From IMG/VR virus record IMGVR_UViG_3300027804_003215, positions 1 through 64,000 of that record: a stretch of DNA of 64,000 nucleotides. The stretch is one strand, 5' to 3'. Below the pieces are notes generated by a model. That model had not been told where the DNA came from. It made no database searches and was given only the letters and a program-made list of their open reading frames with translations. The translations under genes were made by a program, and so were the position numbers. This stretch comes from a virus. Positions 27,706 through 37,846 of the stretch are shown here, one piece after another (positions within the stretch are counted from its first letter, which is position 1; each line of letters begins with the position of its first letter).

Positions 27706-30700
27706 ATGGCTTATCAGAATATTCTACAGTACAATTACAGAAAATATGGTTTAGTTCCTGTCAGAGAAATCTCAGATATATGTCTGGCAACTGACGAAAG
27801 AGAATTCAACCAAGAGGTTGTTTTTTCTCCGCTTCTCATTGGACAAACTGATGGAAACGTAATGCCTTTCAGGTTTGATTTTGATTCTTCAGCCACAACA
27901 CTTTGTCAGAGAACAACTTGTTCTTTTGACTCCGACACAATAGTATCAGAAAACTATTGGAACCCTGATGATATTGACCCAAATATTTGTCCAACAGCAT
28001 CGACATTGTGTAATGTCGGTTTGACCGGTATAGACAACGGACTTGTAAAACAAATATCAGGTGAGACAATAGATATTACAACCGGACTTTATACAAACAT
28101 TAACGACAAGTTTAGTCGTTACAAATATGACAGACGTTTCAAAATGCACCCTATCACTGGTTTTACAACAACAAATAACAGACTTTGGAACGACAACTCA
28201 TACACCTATAATTTAGATTACACCACCTATGGAGATGAAGTAGGTTATTTCGCAAGATTACAAGGGGGATTTTTCCAAGGATTCTACAAATTAGCTGGAT
28301 ACGAATATCAAATTTTTCCCGAAAGACCAAATCTCGGTTGGAGTGCTGAGTTCATGTTGAGGTATAGATGGACAGGTACTACTAATATTGGTCTCAATAA
28401 CCGCTATCCCGATAACAAAGGTACTTTCTTTTTCATGGGGGCAAGAGCCGAAAACAAATTCTATCACTACGCTGATGGCAGTCCGAAACAAGATACAGGA
28501 TACACAAGGGTTACATCGGGTCTAACTTGCATGAATACTTGTGAGTGCGGTCTATCAGGAATTTCAAACTCTCATAGTTGTATACCTGTTTATCAACCCT
28601 CAGGAGTAACCTCGACAAATTGTAATTGTGGATGTCCTTGTTCTTGTGGAACTTATGCTTCAATACCTGAATTAGACCCACTTTATGATGGTGTTTCAAA
28701 TGCCATGTCTATAAGACTTTCAGGGGACACAGGAAACCCAAGAGTTTGTGTTAAAGTTTATACTATTACAGGAGGTTGTGAAACCACTGGAACTTGTACG
28801 ACAGGACTAACATATCATACAGGAACGTCCGTAACTGAATGGTGCTCAACAAGGGGTATATTTGATTTTTGTACCGGAACCACTTACTCAGAAACAGAAC
28901 ATTGGGTTCAAATAGATGCTGTGTTCAGAAGAAGAGAATGGTTTGAATTATGTGATTTGAGAGATTTGGGTGGTTTAGGATTGATTGTTTCCAAAGAATA
29001 TACGGCCACTACGGCTAACAATACGTTAAGTTTAATCGAACCTCCTATAACCCATGACAATGTCGAACCCGCCACAACTGAAGTTGTACATTTTAAAGAC
29101 TCTTGGTTCGAAGAAAAAAGATATAGATTAGGTGATTTTATAATTTATGTGAACGGAAGACCATTTATGATTATTCCTGATTTTGAGGAAATAATTCCAA
29201 GACTTCTTAATACACCAAGAGAAAAACAAATTGGTGTAGGATATAATATTTCTCTCGGAGGAGGTACTCAAGGTCTTCATGACAACCTTACTTTATCTGG
29301 AGGATGTCCACCTTCTCTTACAGGAATGACCTACCAACAAGACCCTGAGTGTCTCACCACTGAAGACTTAACACATACAATTTATTCAGGTTTAACAACA
29401 GAAATAAAATTGGAAGAAATTTTCGGGGGAAGTTTTATTGGTGATATAAGTGCCTTTAGAATGTATACTGAGCCATTGGATGCCTCTGAGGTTGCCCACA
29501 ATTTTAGATTGTTAAAACAAAGATACCAACTATTAGACCCTAATTGTGTTGTTTGTGTAATTGATTGTCCTCCAAACGATTTAATATATTCTTTCTACCC
29601 ATGCCCAACACCAACACAAACATCAACTCCAACAAATACACCATCAAACACGCCAACACAAACCGTAACACCAACTAACACAATAACACCCACACCAACA
29701 AATCTAAGAACACAATTCATTGTTTGTTCAGGGGTCACATCTTACGATGCCTGCAATTGTACTGACACAGGTACAATATGGGGTGATAAACCAAATTTTG
29801 ATGACAATATAGAATTTTATGATTCCGTGTTCGGACCTAACACTACAGACTTGACAGGTTATTTTGCGTATGGTAATGTGGTTGTGGAACTTAACTCAAG
29901 TGGTATAACTATAAGTCCGTATTCATTATGTACTACTCAAACACCAACACCTTCTTTCACACAAACTTCAACACCAACACAAACATCAACACCTACACAA
30001 ACTCAAACTAATACCGAAACTCCAACTAATACACCAACAAATACTACCACCTCAACACCTACTCCAACCAATTCAAGGTTCCAATTTAATGTCTGTTCAG
30101 GAACTACACTAAGTGATGCATGTTTGTGTCTTGATACGGGTACAATTTGGGGTGATGAACCAATTTTTGATGAAAATATTCAATTCTTTAATTCAATATC
30201 AGGTCCCAACACTGTGGATTTAACTGGTTATTATTCATATAACGATGTTGTTATTGAATTGGATTCTGATGGATTCACAATTGGTGCATTCTCATTGTGT
30301 CCGACACAAACTCCAACAAATACTGTTACTCCAACAAATTCCGAAACGCCAACACAGACTCCTACTGAAACTCCTACTCAGACAGAAACGCCAACACAGA
30401 CTCCTACTGAAACTCCTACTCAGACAGAAACACCAACACAAACCGAGACACCTACTCAGACTGAAACACCAACCCCTACAGAAACCCCAACACAAACTCA
30501 GACTTCAACTCCAACTGAAACTCCAACTCAAACAGAAACTCCTACTCAGACTGAAACACCAACACAAACAGAAACTCCTACTCAGACTGAAACACCAACA
30601 CAAACAGAAACCCCTACTCAGACTGAGACCTCTACACAAACTCCAACCGAAACACCAACTCAAACCGCAACTCCGTCAACTACAGCTACAATTGGTTCCA

Positions 30701-31404
30701 CTTCAACTCCAACTGAAACAAGTACTCCAACACCTACCGAAACACCAACCGAAACACCAACAAATACAACAACGCAAACTCCAACAGAAACATCTACTCA
30801 AACACCAACACAAACCGAGACACCTACTCAGACTGAAACACCAACCACGACTACTACCGAGACATTGACAGCAACCCCTACAGAAACGCCAACACAAACT
30901 GAAACACCTACCTCATCTGTTACATCTACACCGACCGAAACTCCTACTCAAACTCCTTCTCAAACAGAAACTTCTACTCCGACAAATACAGAAACGCCAA
31001 CTCAGACAGAAACTCCGACTCAAACTCCAACTAATACAGAAACTCCTACGAATACACCAACAACTTCAGAAACACCTACACCAACACCAACCTTACCTGA
31101 CGATAATTTCTTGTTACAGGAAGACTACTTTATGATTTTACAAGAGGATGGATTTGGAATTTATATTCAATTCCCGACACCTACCCCAACTCCTACAGTT
31201 ACAGAAACACCAACTAATACTCCAACTGAAACTTCAACAAGTACTCCGACAAACACAACAAGCATCACTCCGACGCCAACTTCAACACCTACTCAAACAT
31301 CTACACCAACAGTAACACCTACTGAACCATTCTTCCTATTATTTGAAGATAGTTCAATTGCTACGGCAGAAAATAACGATAATATTGAAATAGATATAAT
31401 ATAA
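27706..31404 (+). CDS. Large putative virion fibre/decoration protein: Cys-rich LamG-like region, two Cys-bounded repeat domains, long mucin-like Thr/Pro/Glu tract, acidic LLxED C-terminal motifs; start revised to MAYQNIL
   Basis: GDISAFRMYTEPLDASEVAHNF is a typical LamG/ConA C-terminal element; TPTQTETP repeats; the revised start follows TATTTAT and avoids antisense overlap. Confidence 0.7.
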   Translation: MAYQNILQYNYRKYGLVPVREISDICLATDEREFNQEVVFSPLLIGQTDGNVMPFRFDFDSSATTLCQRTTCSFDSDTIVSENYWNPDDIDPNICPTASTLCNVGLTGIDNGLVKQISGETIDITTGLYTNINDKFSRYKYDRRFKMHPITGFTTTNNRLWNDNSYTYNLDYTTYGDEVGYFARLQGGFFQGFYKLAGYEYQIFPERPNLGWSAEFMLRYRWTGTTNIGLNNRYPDNKGTFFFMGARAENKFYHYADGSPKQDTGYTRVTSGLTCMNTCECGLSGISNSHSCIPVYQPSGVTSTNCNCGCPCSCGTYASIPELDPLYDGVSNAMSIRLSGDTGNPRVCVKVYTITGGCETTGTCTTGLTYHTGTSVTEWCSTRGIFDFCTGTTYSETEHWVQIDAVFRRREWFELCDLRDLGGLGLIVSKEYTATTANNTLSLIEPPITHDNVEPATTEVVHFKDSWFEEKRYRLGDFIIYVNGRPFMIIPDFEEIIPRLLNTPREKQIGVGYNISLGGGTQGLHDNLTLSGGCPPSLTGMTYQQDPECLTTEDLTHTIYSGLTTEIKLEEIFGGSFIGDISAFRMYTEPLDASEVAHNFRLLKQRYQLLDPNCVVCVIDCPPNDLIYSFYPCPTPTQTSTPTNTPSNTPTQTVTPTNTITPTPTNLRTQFIVCSGVTSYDACNCTDTGTIWGDKPNFDDNIEFYDSVFGPNTTDLTGYFAYGNVVVELNSSGITISPYSLCTTQTPTPSFTQTSTPTQTSTPTQTQTNTETPTNTPTNTTTSTPTPTNSRFQFNVCSGTTLSDACLCLDTGTIWGDEPIFDENIQFFNSISGPNTVDLTGYYSYNDVVIELDSDGFTIGAFSLCPTQTPTNTVTPTNSETPTQTPTETPTQTETPTQTPTETPTQTETPTQTETPTQTETPTPTETPTQTQTSTPTETPTQTETPTQTETPTQTETPTQTETPTQTETPTQTETSTQTPTETPTQTATPSTTATIGSTSTPTETSTPTPTETPTETPTNTTTQTPTETSTQTPTQTETPTQTETPTTTTTETLTATPTETPTQTETPTSSVTSTPTETPTQTPSQTETSTPTNTETPTQTETPTQTPTNTETPTNTPTTSETPTPTPTLPDDNFLLQEDYFMILQEDGFGIYIQFPTPTPTPTVTETPTNTPTETSTSTPTNTTSITPTPTSTPTQTSTPTVTPTEPFFLLFEDSSIATAENNDNIEIDII
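30301..31092 (+). repeat. Coding low-complexity repeat (TPTQTE/TPTE)n with exact 42 bp and 36 bp tandem duplications
   Basis: 42-mer gaaacgccaacacagactcctactgaaactcctactcagaca at 30343 and 30385; 36-mer caaacagaaactcctactcagactgaaacaccaaca at 30529 and 30565. Confidence 0.95.
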
Positions 31405-31418
31405 AAAAATAGATTAAA

Positions 31419-31925
31419 ATGGCAAATACAAAAATAAGCGCGTTACCAACATTTACGGGAAATACTAATGGGTCGTTTATTGTTATGAACAATAGTGGTA
31501 ATACGGAATCATTTAAGGTGGCTAAAGAAACACTATTTAGTGGATATACAACAAATGTTGTGTCACCCGTCTCAGGAAGTTGGACTTTATCTGCAGGAAC
31601 AAATACTGTTAGTTTTACAGTTACTGCAGGTGAATCATATGTTATGTGGGTGAATGGAAATATTCCAAACGGTATTATTAATTGGAATGCAACAGTAACA
31701 CTATCAAACACAAACGTTCCTGCAATAGGTGTTCAGTATGGTTGGTATTATCTTGCGGGAAATGCTTTGGTGTTAACATCAATACCAAGTCAGATAGTTG
31801 GAACTGCGGGAGCCATTATTACCACATCACCACCAGCTTCAAATTCAAACACCTTTACATTTGGTATAACCAATAACAGTGGAACATCTCAAATAATATA
31901 TTACGGATATATCAAAATAAGTTAA
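31419..31925 (+). CDS. Putative fibre/decoration protein with MANTKISALP N-terminus
   Basis: KIS.LP N-terminal motif typical of phage fibre accessory proteins; beta-rich. Confidence 0.6.
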   Translation: MANTKISALPTFTGNTNGSFIVMNNSGNTESFKVAKETLFSGYTTNVVSPVSGSWTLSAGTNTVSFTVTAGESYVMWVNGNIPNGIINWNATVTLSNTNVPAIGVQYGWYYLAGNALVLTSIPSQIVGTAGAIITTSPPASNSNTFTFGITNNSGTSQIIYYGYIKIS

Positions 31926-31971
31926 AATCAAAATACGGACTATAAAAACATATTTATAAAATAAAAACAAA

Positions 31972-33069
31972 ATGCCTAATTTACCTATATCCCAATTACC
32001 ATTAGCAGTTTCAGGACAACCTGAATCTTGGATGGCGATTGTAAACTACGATGTTGACCCATCAGGGATTACAAATAAAATATATTTTTCATCATTAACA
32101 GAACAATTTTCAGGTTCAACGGGAACGTCAGGTACTTCAGGAACAAGTGGAATAGACGGAACATCTGGTACGAGCGGAATAGATGGTACATCTGGAACAT
32201 CCGGTTCATCTGGAACAAGTGGAATAGACGGAACTTCAGGAACATCTGGTTCATCAGGAACAAGTGGAATAGACGGAACATCTGGTACGAGCGGAATAGA
32301 TGGTACATCAGGAACATCTGGAACAAGCGGAGTAGACGGTACTTCAGGAACATCTGGTTCATCAGGTACATCTGGAACAAGTGGAATAGACGGAACATCT
32401 GGTACGAGCGGAATAGATGGTACATCTGGAACAAGTGGAATAGACGGAACTTCAGGAACATCTGGTTCATCAGGAACAAGTGGAATAGACGGAACTTCAG
32501 GAACATCTGGTTCATCAGGAACAAGTGGTACTTCAGCACCAACACCACCTTTTGCACTTGTTTACGGTTTATTTGCACAAACCGCAGATAGTACTACCAT
32601 AAGTGCGACTACAGTTGAGACTTCACTTATTAATGGTGGTGTGGGTACTTTAAGTGTTCCTGCAAATGGATTTTCTGTTGGTGATAGTTTCAGAGCAGAT
32701 TTCGGGGGCATAATAACGGCAGCAAATAATCAAACCATTGATTTGAGAGTAAAAACGGGTTCGGTCGTTTTAGCGGATAGTTTAGCCCAACCTATTACAA
32801 ATATCACAAATAACGTTTGGTCTCTTTCAATAAACTTCACAATAAGAGCAACTGGTACTACAGGTGTTGCATCAATAGTGACTTTGGGAACATTCAATTA
32901 TACAAAAACTGTAAATGGAACTATTGAGGGATTTTCATTCAATACCGTGAATAATACAACATTTGATACGACCGTAAGCAATACATTGGATGTAACATTA
33001 CAGTGGGGAAGTGCGAATGCCGGTAATTTAGTTTACAGTGATATTTTCGTCTTGAATAAAATTTATTGA
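31972..33069 (+). CDS. Collagen-like fibre protein (proline-free Gly-X-Y) with C-terminal globular domain
   Basis: 47 uninterrupted Gly-X-Y triplets (GTS, GID, GSS); N-terminus [10 protein letters not shown]. Confidence 0.75.
   Translation: MPNLPISQLPLAVSGQPESWMAIVNYDVDPSGITNKIYFSSLTEQFSGSTGTSGTSGTSGIDGTSGTSGIDGTSGTSGSSGTSGIDGTSGTSGSSGTSGIDGTSGTSGIDGTSGTSGTSGVDGTSGTSGSSGTSGTSGIDGTSGTSGIDGTSGTSGIDGTSGTSGSSGTSGIDGTSGTSGSSGTSGTSAPTPPFALVYGLFAQTADSTTISATTVETSLINGGVGTLSVPANGFSVGDSFRADFGGIITAANNQTIDLRVKTGSVVLADSLAQPITNITNNVWSLSINFTIRATGTTGVASIVTLGTFNYTKTVNGTIEGFSFNTVNNTTFDTTVSNTLDVTLQWGSANAGNLVYSDIFVLNKIY
32113..32535 (+). repeat. Coding repeat of 47 Gly-X-Y triplets
   Basis: Counted directly from the translation; recurring DNA blocks such as ggaacaagtggaatagacgga. 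Confidence 0.95.
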
Positions 33070-33072
33070 TTT

Positions 33073-33600
33073 ATGTCAGATTGTGGTGTAACTATATCAA
33101 GTATCAATTTTAGTGGACAACTCACTAATGTAGTTTTCATGCCTGACTCAGGTGGAACAATTACTCTTGGTGAAAAAGTTTTTCCATTTACGTATGAATC
33201 CGATTATGTTTACGGAACATTTTATTGTTATCTACCAAGTTGCAAATACACCTATACAGTTGTAATACCAGGACCAACGCCCACACCAACAGTCACACCT
33301 CCAATTACTCCAACACCTCACCCAACACCCACACCAACACCCGCTCTCGTTTATATGGACAATCTTTGGACAGATTCTGTTTGGAATAATGCTTGTGATG
33401 AAGCCGGTTACGGACCTTCAAATGTTACAATTTACTCATTTATTCCATTCCCTGAATTGGTTGCTGGTGATTATGTTTATGGAAATCCTTTATGTACAAT
33501 ACCTCCAATCGGAGCTCAAATGACAATTACCGATGGTAATACATGGATACAAATCGACCTACTGACAGGTTTAGTTGTGAACATTGGAATTTGTCCATAA
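33073..33600 (+). CDS. Putative virion decoration protein with PT linker and a Cys-bounded C-terminal domain
   Basis: PTPTPTVTPP linker; NAC...ICP domain resembling the repeats in neighbouring genes. Confidence 0.6.
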   Translation: MSDCGVTISSINFSGQLTNVVFMPDSGGTITLGEKVFPFTYESDYVYGTFYCYLPSCKYTYTVVIPGPTPTPTVTPPITPTPHPTPTPTPALVYMDNLWTDSVWNNACDEAGYGPSNVTIYSFIPFPELVAGDYVYGNPLCTIPPIGAQMTITDGNTWIQIDLLTGLVVNIGICP

Positions 33601-33661
33601 GTTAATTGAAAAAAGAAAAATTTTTCTTCGGGGACAAGTATTTATATAAAAAAGATTTAAA

Positions 33662-34900
33662 ATGGCGTGCAGTAAATATAATCTAACGAATACAGGAACC
33701 ACAATCGTCACATTCAATTATCAAAGATGTGATGATGCACTGTGGCAATATCAAGTGGAATTATTACCAAATGAAGTGAAAAACATTTGGTTGTTAAACA
33801 ATACTTATTCATCGGCATTTCCGAGAATTGTAGTTGTAAATGAGGGTGAATTTCCATCACTTACTGTAACTCCAACTCCAAGTACAACTCCCGCAGTAAC
33901 ACCTACTCCTACAAATACAAAAACACCTACACCAACCCCGACTAACACTCAAACGCCTACACCAACTAACGTTGTAAGATATGCTTTTGGTGGTGTTTGT
34001 CATAGTGAATCAGACCCAACTGATGCTTGTGAGTGTATTAGTACATCGACTCTTTTTGGTAATAATCCAGAATTCAGTGCTTCAACTTTATTCTGGTCTA
34101 GTTCCGTTGGAAATACAGGTAATGCTGTAGGATTTTATAATGTTGATGGAACAATTTATCAGTTAAGCTATTGTGATGGAGTAACAGGATGTACTTCTGG
34201 TTCAACAGTTTTAACAACTTCAATCTGTCCAACTCCTACGGCAACTATTACTCCATCCCCCACACAAACTCCAACATCAACACCACCTAACACACCAACT
34301 CAAACAAGTACTTCTACCCCAACCCCTACCCCTGTTAGATTTTCATTCTCAGTAGGTTCAGGTGCTACAATCAATGACGCTTGTGCATCAGGTGTTGTTG
34401 GTACTATATGGGGTAATGACCCGGTCTTCGACCAATCAACTCAGTTCTATCCGGATAGTTTCGGTCCAGCGGTTATGGAGGCAGGTTTCTATAGTAATTC
34501 TGGATTAGGTGTAGAAATTGATAGTTCAGGAAACCCTGGCACATTTGAACTTTGTTCGGCTTTACCAACACAAACACCTACGATGACACCAACAACTACA
34601 GAAACACCAACACCTACTCCTACAACAACACCGACGGCAACTCGTGGGTATTATGAATATACTTTAGGTTCAGGTGCAACATCGGTTGACGCTTGTTCAG
34701 GTTATACCTCATCACCTAACACAGTATATGGTTCAGTTGCTGGTGGAATAGGTCCTAACGTAGGTGAGACACTTTACCAAACAGCCGGCAATCCACCTGC
34801 TGACCCAGTTGCTGATGGATACTATTCAAATGGAACCGCTTGGTATTTGGTGAGTGGTGGTTCAGGATTGATTACAAGCTCTGACCCTAACGGTTGTTAA
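33662..34900 (+). CDS. Putative virion decoration protein: three Cys-bounded DAC domains separated by Thr/Pro linkers
   Basis: Internal repeats visible in translation; TATTTAT upstream. Confidence 0.65.
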   Translation: MACSKYNLTNTGTTIVTFNYQRCDDALWQYQVELLPNEVKNIWLLNNTYSSAFPRIVVVNEGEFPSLTVTPTPSTTPAVTPTPTNTKTPTPTPTNTQTPTPTNVVRYAFGGVCHSESDPTDACECISTSTLFGNNPEFSASTLFWSSSVGNTGNAVGFYNVDGTIYQLSYCDGVTGCTSGSTVLTTSICPTPTATITPSPTQTPTSTPPNTPTQTSTSTPTPTPVRFSFSVGSGATINDACASGVVGTIWGNDPVFDQSTQFYPDSFGPAVMEAGFYSNSGLGVEIDSSGNPGTFELCSALPTQTPTMTPTTTETPTPTPTTTPTATRGYYEYTLGSGATSVDACSGYTSSPNTVYGSVAGGIGPNVGETLYQTAGNPPADPVADGYYSNGTAWYLVSGGSGLITSSDPNGC

Positions 34901-34921
34901 TAAAAAAACTTTTATAAAATT

Positions 34922-34950
34922 AAACCCTCTACTTTCGTGGAGGGTTTTTT
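34922..34950 (+). terminator. Intrinsic terminator
   Basis: aaaccctctac-tttc-gtggagggtttttt. Confidence 0.85.
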
Positions 34951-34972
34951 ATTTTTATAAAAAATATATTTC

Positions 34973-36241
34973 ATGAACAAAATTTTTATTCAAATCGCAT
35001 CTTACAGAGACCCACAGCTTGTTCCAACAATTAAAGATATGTTGGCAAATGCCAAAAAACCTGAAAACCTTGTCATAGGTATTGCAAGACAATATTCTGA
35101 AACTGATGGTTTTGATAACTTGGATGAATGGAAAGATGATAAAAGATTCAGAATTTTGAATATCCCATACCAAGAAGCAAAGGGTGTTTGTTGGGCAAGA
35201 CACTTAGTTCAACAACTTTATAAAAATGAAAAGTATACAATGCAAATAGATTCTCATATGAGATTTGAAAAGGATTGGGATGATTCTTTAATAAAAATGA
35301 TTAAGGGTCTACAAAAGGACGGGTACAAAAAACCTCTACTTACGGGTTACGTACCTTCCTTTGACCCTGACAACGACCCCGCAGGGAGAGCAAAAGATGC
35401 TTGGAGAATGGTATTCGATAGATTTATCCCTGAAGGGGCTGTTTTCTTTTTACCCGAAACAATACCAGGTTGGAGAGAAATGACAAAACCTGTAACTGCA
35501 AGATTTTATTCAGCACATTTTTGTTTCACTTTGGGTGAGTTCTCTAAAGAAGTTCAACACAATCCTGAATATTATTTTCATGGCGAAGAGATTTCAATAG
35601 CGGCGAGAGCTTACACGTGGGGATACGACTTATTTCATCCACACATTCCTGTTGTATACCATGAGTATACTCGTAAAGGAAGAACAAAGCAGTGGGATGA
35701 CGATAAAACATGGGGGGATAAAAACAAACATTCACATCTGACAAATAGAAAATTATTTGGTATGGATGGTGAGAAACAAGAAGGTCATGATGGTCCGTAC
35801 GGATTCGGAACGGTAAGAACCTTAAGAGATTACGAAAAATATTCGGGTTTGTTGTTTGAAAAAAGAGCGGTACAAAGATATACATTAGACAAAAATTACC
35901 CTCCAAATCCTTATAATTACGAAAATGAAGAATCTTGGAAAAAAGATTTTGCTTCAGTTTATAAACATTGTATTGACGTTGGATATTCAAGTGTTCCTGA
36001 AAAGGATTATGATTTTTGGGTAGTTGCTTTCCACGGACCGAACGATGAAACATTGTTTAGAAAAGATGCGGATAAAAACGAGATTGCCAGAATGATGAAT
36101 GACCCAGACAAATATTGTAAAATTTGGAGAGAATTTCAAACAGACGTTCTTCCGAAATATTGGGTTGTATGGCCTCACTCTGAATCAAAAGGTTGGTGTG
36201 ATAGATTAACGGGACAACTAAACCACAATCACGTAAGTTAA
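34973..36241 (+). CDS. GT60-like polypeptide/hydroxyproline N-acetylglucosaminyltransferase with C-terminal extra domain
   Basis: IFIQIASYRDPQL, AKGVCWAR, MQIDSHMRFEKDWD (DxH), FHGEEI..AARAYTWGYDLFHP: signatures of the Skp1 GlcNAc-transferase (GT60) family. Confidence 0.8.
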   Translation: MNKIFIQIASYRDPQLVPTIKDMLANAKKPENLVIGIARQYSETDGFDNLDEWKDDKRFRILNIPYQEAKGVCWARHLVQQLYKNEKYTMQIDSHMRFEKDWDDSLIKMIKGLQKDGYKKPLLTGYVPSFDPDNDPAGRAKDAWRMVFDRFIPEGAVFFLPETIPGWREMTKPVTARFYSAHFCFTLGEFSKEVQHNPEYYFHGEEISIAARAYTWGYDLFHPHIPVVYHEYTRKGRTKQWDDDKTWGDKNKHSHLTNRKLFGMDGEKQEGHDGPYGFGTVRTLRDYEKYSGLLFEKRAVQRYTLDKNYPPNPYNYENEESWKKDFASVYKHCIDVGYSSVPEKDYDFWVVAFHGPNDETLFRKDADKNEIARMMNDPDKYCKIWREFQTDVLPKYWVVWPHSESKGWCDRLTGQLNHNHVS

Positions 36242-36975
36242 TGAATCTATCCAATATACCCAAATTTGTTGTTAATTTGGAACGAAGACCTGACCGGTTG
36301 GAACATATCAAAAAAGAAATGGAGTACATCGGTTGGGACTTTGAATTATTCAAAGCAATTGATTTGAACAATCACGGAGGTTGTAGTTTATCTCATTTCG
36401 AGATTTTGAAATTGGCGAAAGAAAGAAATTACGAGTCTGTAATGGTCATAGAAGATGATTGTACATTTTTACCTTATTCAAAAAGTTTAATAAATAAGAT
36501 TGAAAATGAGACTGATGATTTTGAATTCGGTGTGATAAATTTTGCCCCCACTTTGAATAGACCAGTATTACAAAGTTCAAATCAACCTTTGTTCTTGGAT
36601 ATAACAACCCTTCCTCCAAAAAAAGAACATGAAAGGGGAATATTTGCAACAAATTTTATGTTATACCATAATTCTATTTATGATGGAGTTATGGAAATAG
36701 CAAAACCTGAAAATTTGGGTTACTATGCGATTGATGATTTTATTTATCAATTTGTCTACCCAAGAAAACAGAGTTATTCTCCAATCCTACCATTAGCACC
36801 GCAAATTAGTAGTTGGTCTGATGTTTCTCAAGGACAATATAATAACTTTTACACTCAAACTTACAACTGGAATTTATACAGTCCCTTTAAAATTCCTACT
36901 GAGTTTTTGAATGGTGTCAACCTTAAAGAACTTAAAGAAAATAATATTCACAAAGATTTTTATTATGTCAGTTAA
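36241..36975 (+). CDS. Glycosyltransferase family 25
   Basis: VVNLERRPDRLE, GCSLSH, VIEDDC. Confidence 0.85.
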   Translation: MNLSNIPKFVVNLERRPDRLEHIKKEMEYIGWDFELFKAIDLNNHGGCSLSHFEILKLAKERNYESVMVIEDDCTFLPYSKSLINKIENETDDFEFGVINFAPTLNRPVLQSSNQPLFLDITTLPPKKEHERGIFATNFMLYHNSIYDGVMEIAKPENLGYYAIDDFIYQFVYPRKQSYSPILPLAPQISSWSDVSQGQYNNFYTQTYNWNLYSPFKIPTEFLNGVNLKELKENNIHKDFYYVS

Positions 36976-37846
36976 ATTTATTACTTGTATCTACAGTGAT
37001 TTGAATGGTACAGAGTTTGGAGGAAGACCTCAAAGAGTAAGTCATTATAGATACAGTTTATTATCTCTACTTAAAATGACTGAAGCCGATTTTTTGTGTT
37101 ACACATCAGACAGAGAATTGGAAAATCTAAAAACCTTTTTTTATGAAACACACCAAATCAATCCAAGTAAATTGGAATTTAAAGTTTTTGATTTAACTCA
37201 AACAAAATTCAAAGATTTGATTTTATCCTATAAGGATGTTGGTGCAATAAAAGCAGGTGACAGATGTATTGAAATTCAATATTCAAAATTTCATTGGTGG
37301 TGGAATGAAGATAAAAGTTATGATTACTACTATTGGATTGACGCAGGTCTTTCTCATTGTGGTTTAATCCCTTTAAAATATTTGACCAATAACCAACTTG
37401 AAAGAAGGTATTATGAATCCAATCTCTTTAATAATGATTTTTTGAAAAATATGATTGAAGATACGGGTGATAAGTTTTTACTCATTGGTAAAGAGAATGA
37501 GAGAAACTATTGGTCAGGAACATTGGACCCCAAATGGTATAAAAACTATGATAGAAGTATTCACATCATTGGTGGGCTTTTTGGAGGACACAGAAGCAAG
37601 TGGGATGAAGTTGTAAACTTATTCGAAAGTTATGCAAAAAATGTTATTGAAGATATCAAACAATTGCCCCACGAAGAAAACATCATGAGTCTCATGTTTT
37701 TCAATCATCAAGATTTGTTTTATAGAAAACATTTCGATATTTGGTGGTGTAGGGACAATGCACCAAGTGGAGTAGATGAAACTTTCTTTACATTGAATAA
37801 AAGCTTTTTCAGAATATTAGAAGAATTTAATAGAATTTATGAATAA
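36965..37846 (+). CDS. HtrL/YibB (WlaTC)-like glycosyltransferase; start revised to MSVKFITC
   Basis: YYYWIDAGLSH, IIGGLFGG, HEENIM. Confidence 0.65.
   Translation: MSVKFITCIYSDLNGTEFGGRPQRVSHYRYSLLSLLKMTEADFLCYTSDRELENLKTFFYETHQINPSKLEFKVFDLTQTKFKDLILSYKDVGAIKAGDRCIEIQYSKFHWWWNEDKSYDYYYWIDAGLSHCGLIPLKYLTNNQLERRYYESNLFNNDFLKNMIEDTGDKFLLIGKENERNYWSGTLDPKWYKNYDRSIHIIGGLFGGHRSKWDEVVNLFESYAKNVIEDIKQLPHEENIMSLMFFNHQDLFYRKHFDIWWCRDNAPSGVDETFFTLNKSFFRILEEFNRIYE

Noticed and set aside
30245-30897. Alternative-frame and antisense ORFs (207, 67 and 64 aa) over the Thr/Pro tract
   Set aside because: Stop-free by-products of the low-complexity repeat; translations are themselves repetitive
30301-32535. 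Possible CRISPR array or DGR template/variable repeats
   Set aside because: Repeats are in-frame coding units without unique spacers; no cas or reverse transcriptase gene and no adenine-specific mismatch pattern seen
32069-32578. 169 aa antisense ORF over the GTS repeat
   Set aside because: Shadow of the collagen-like repeat
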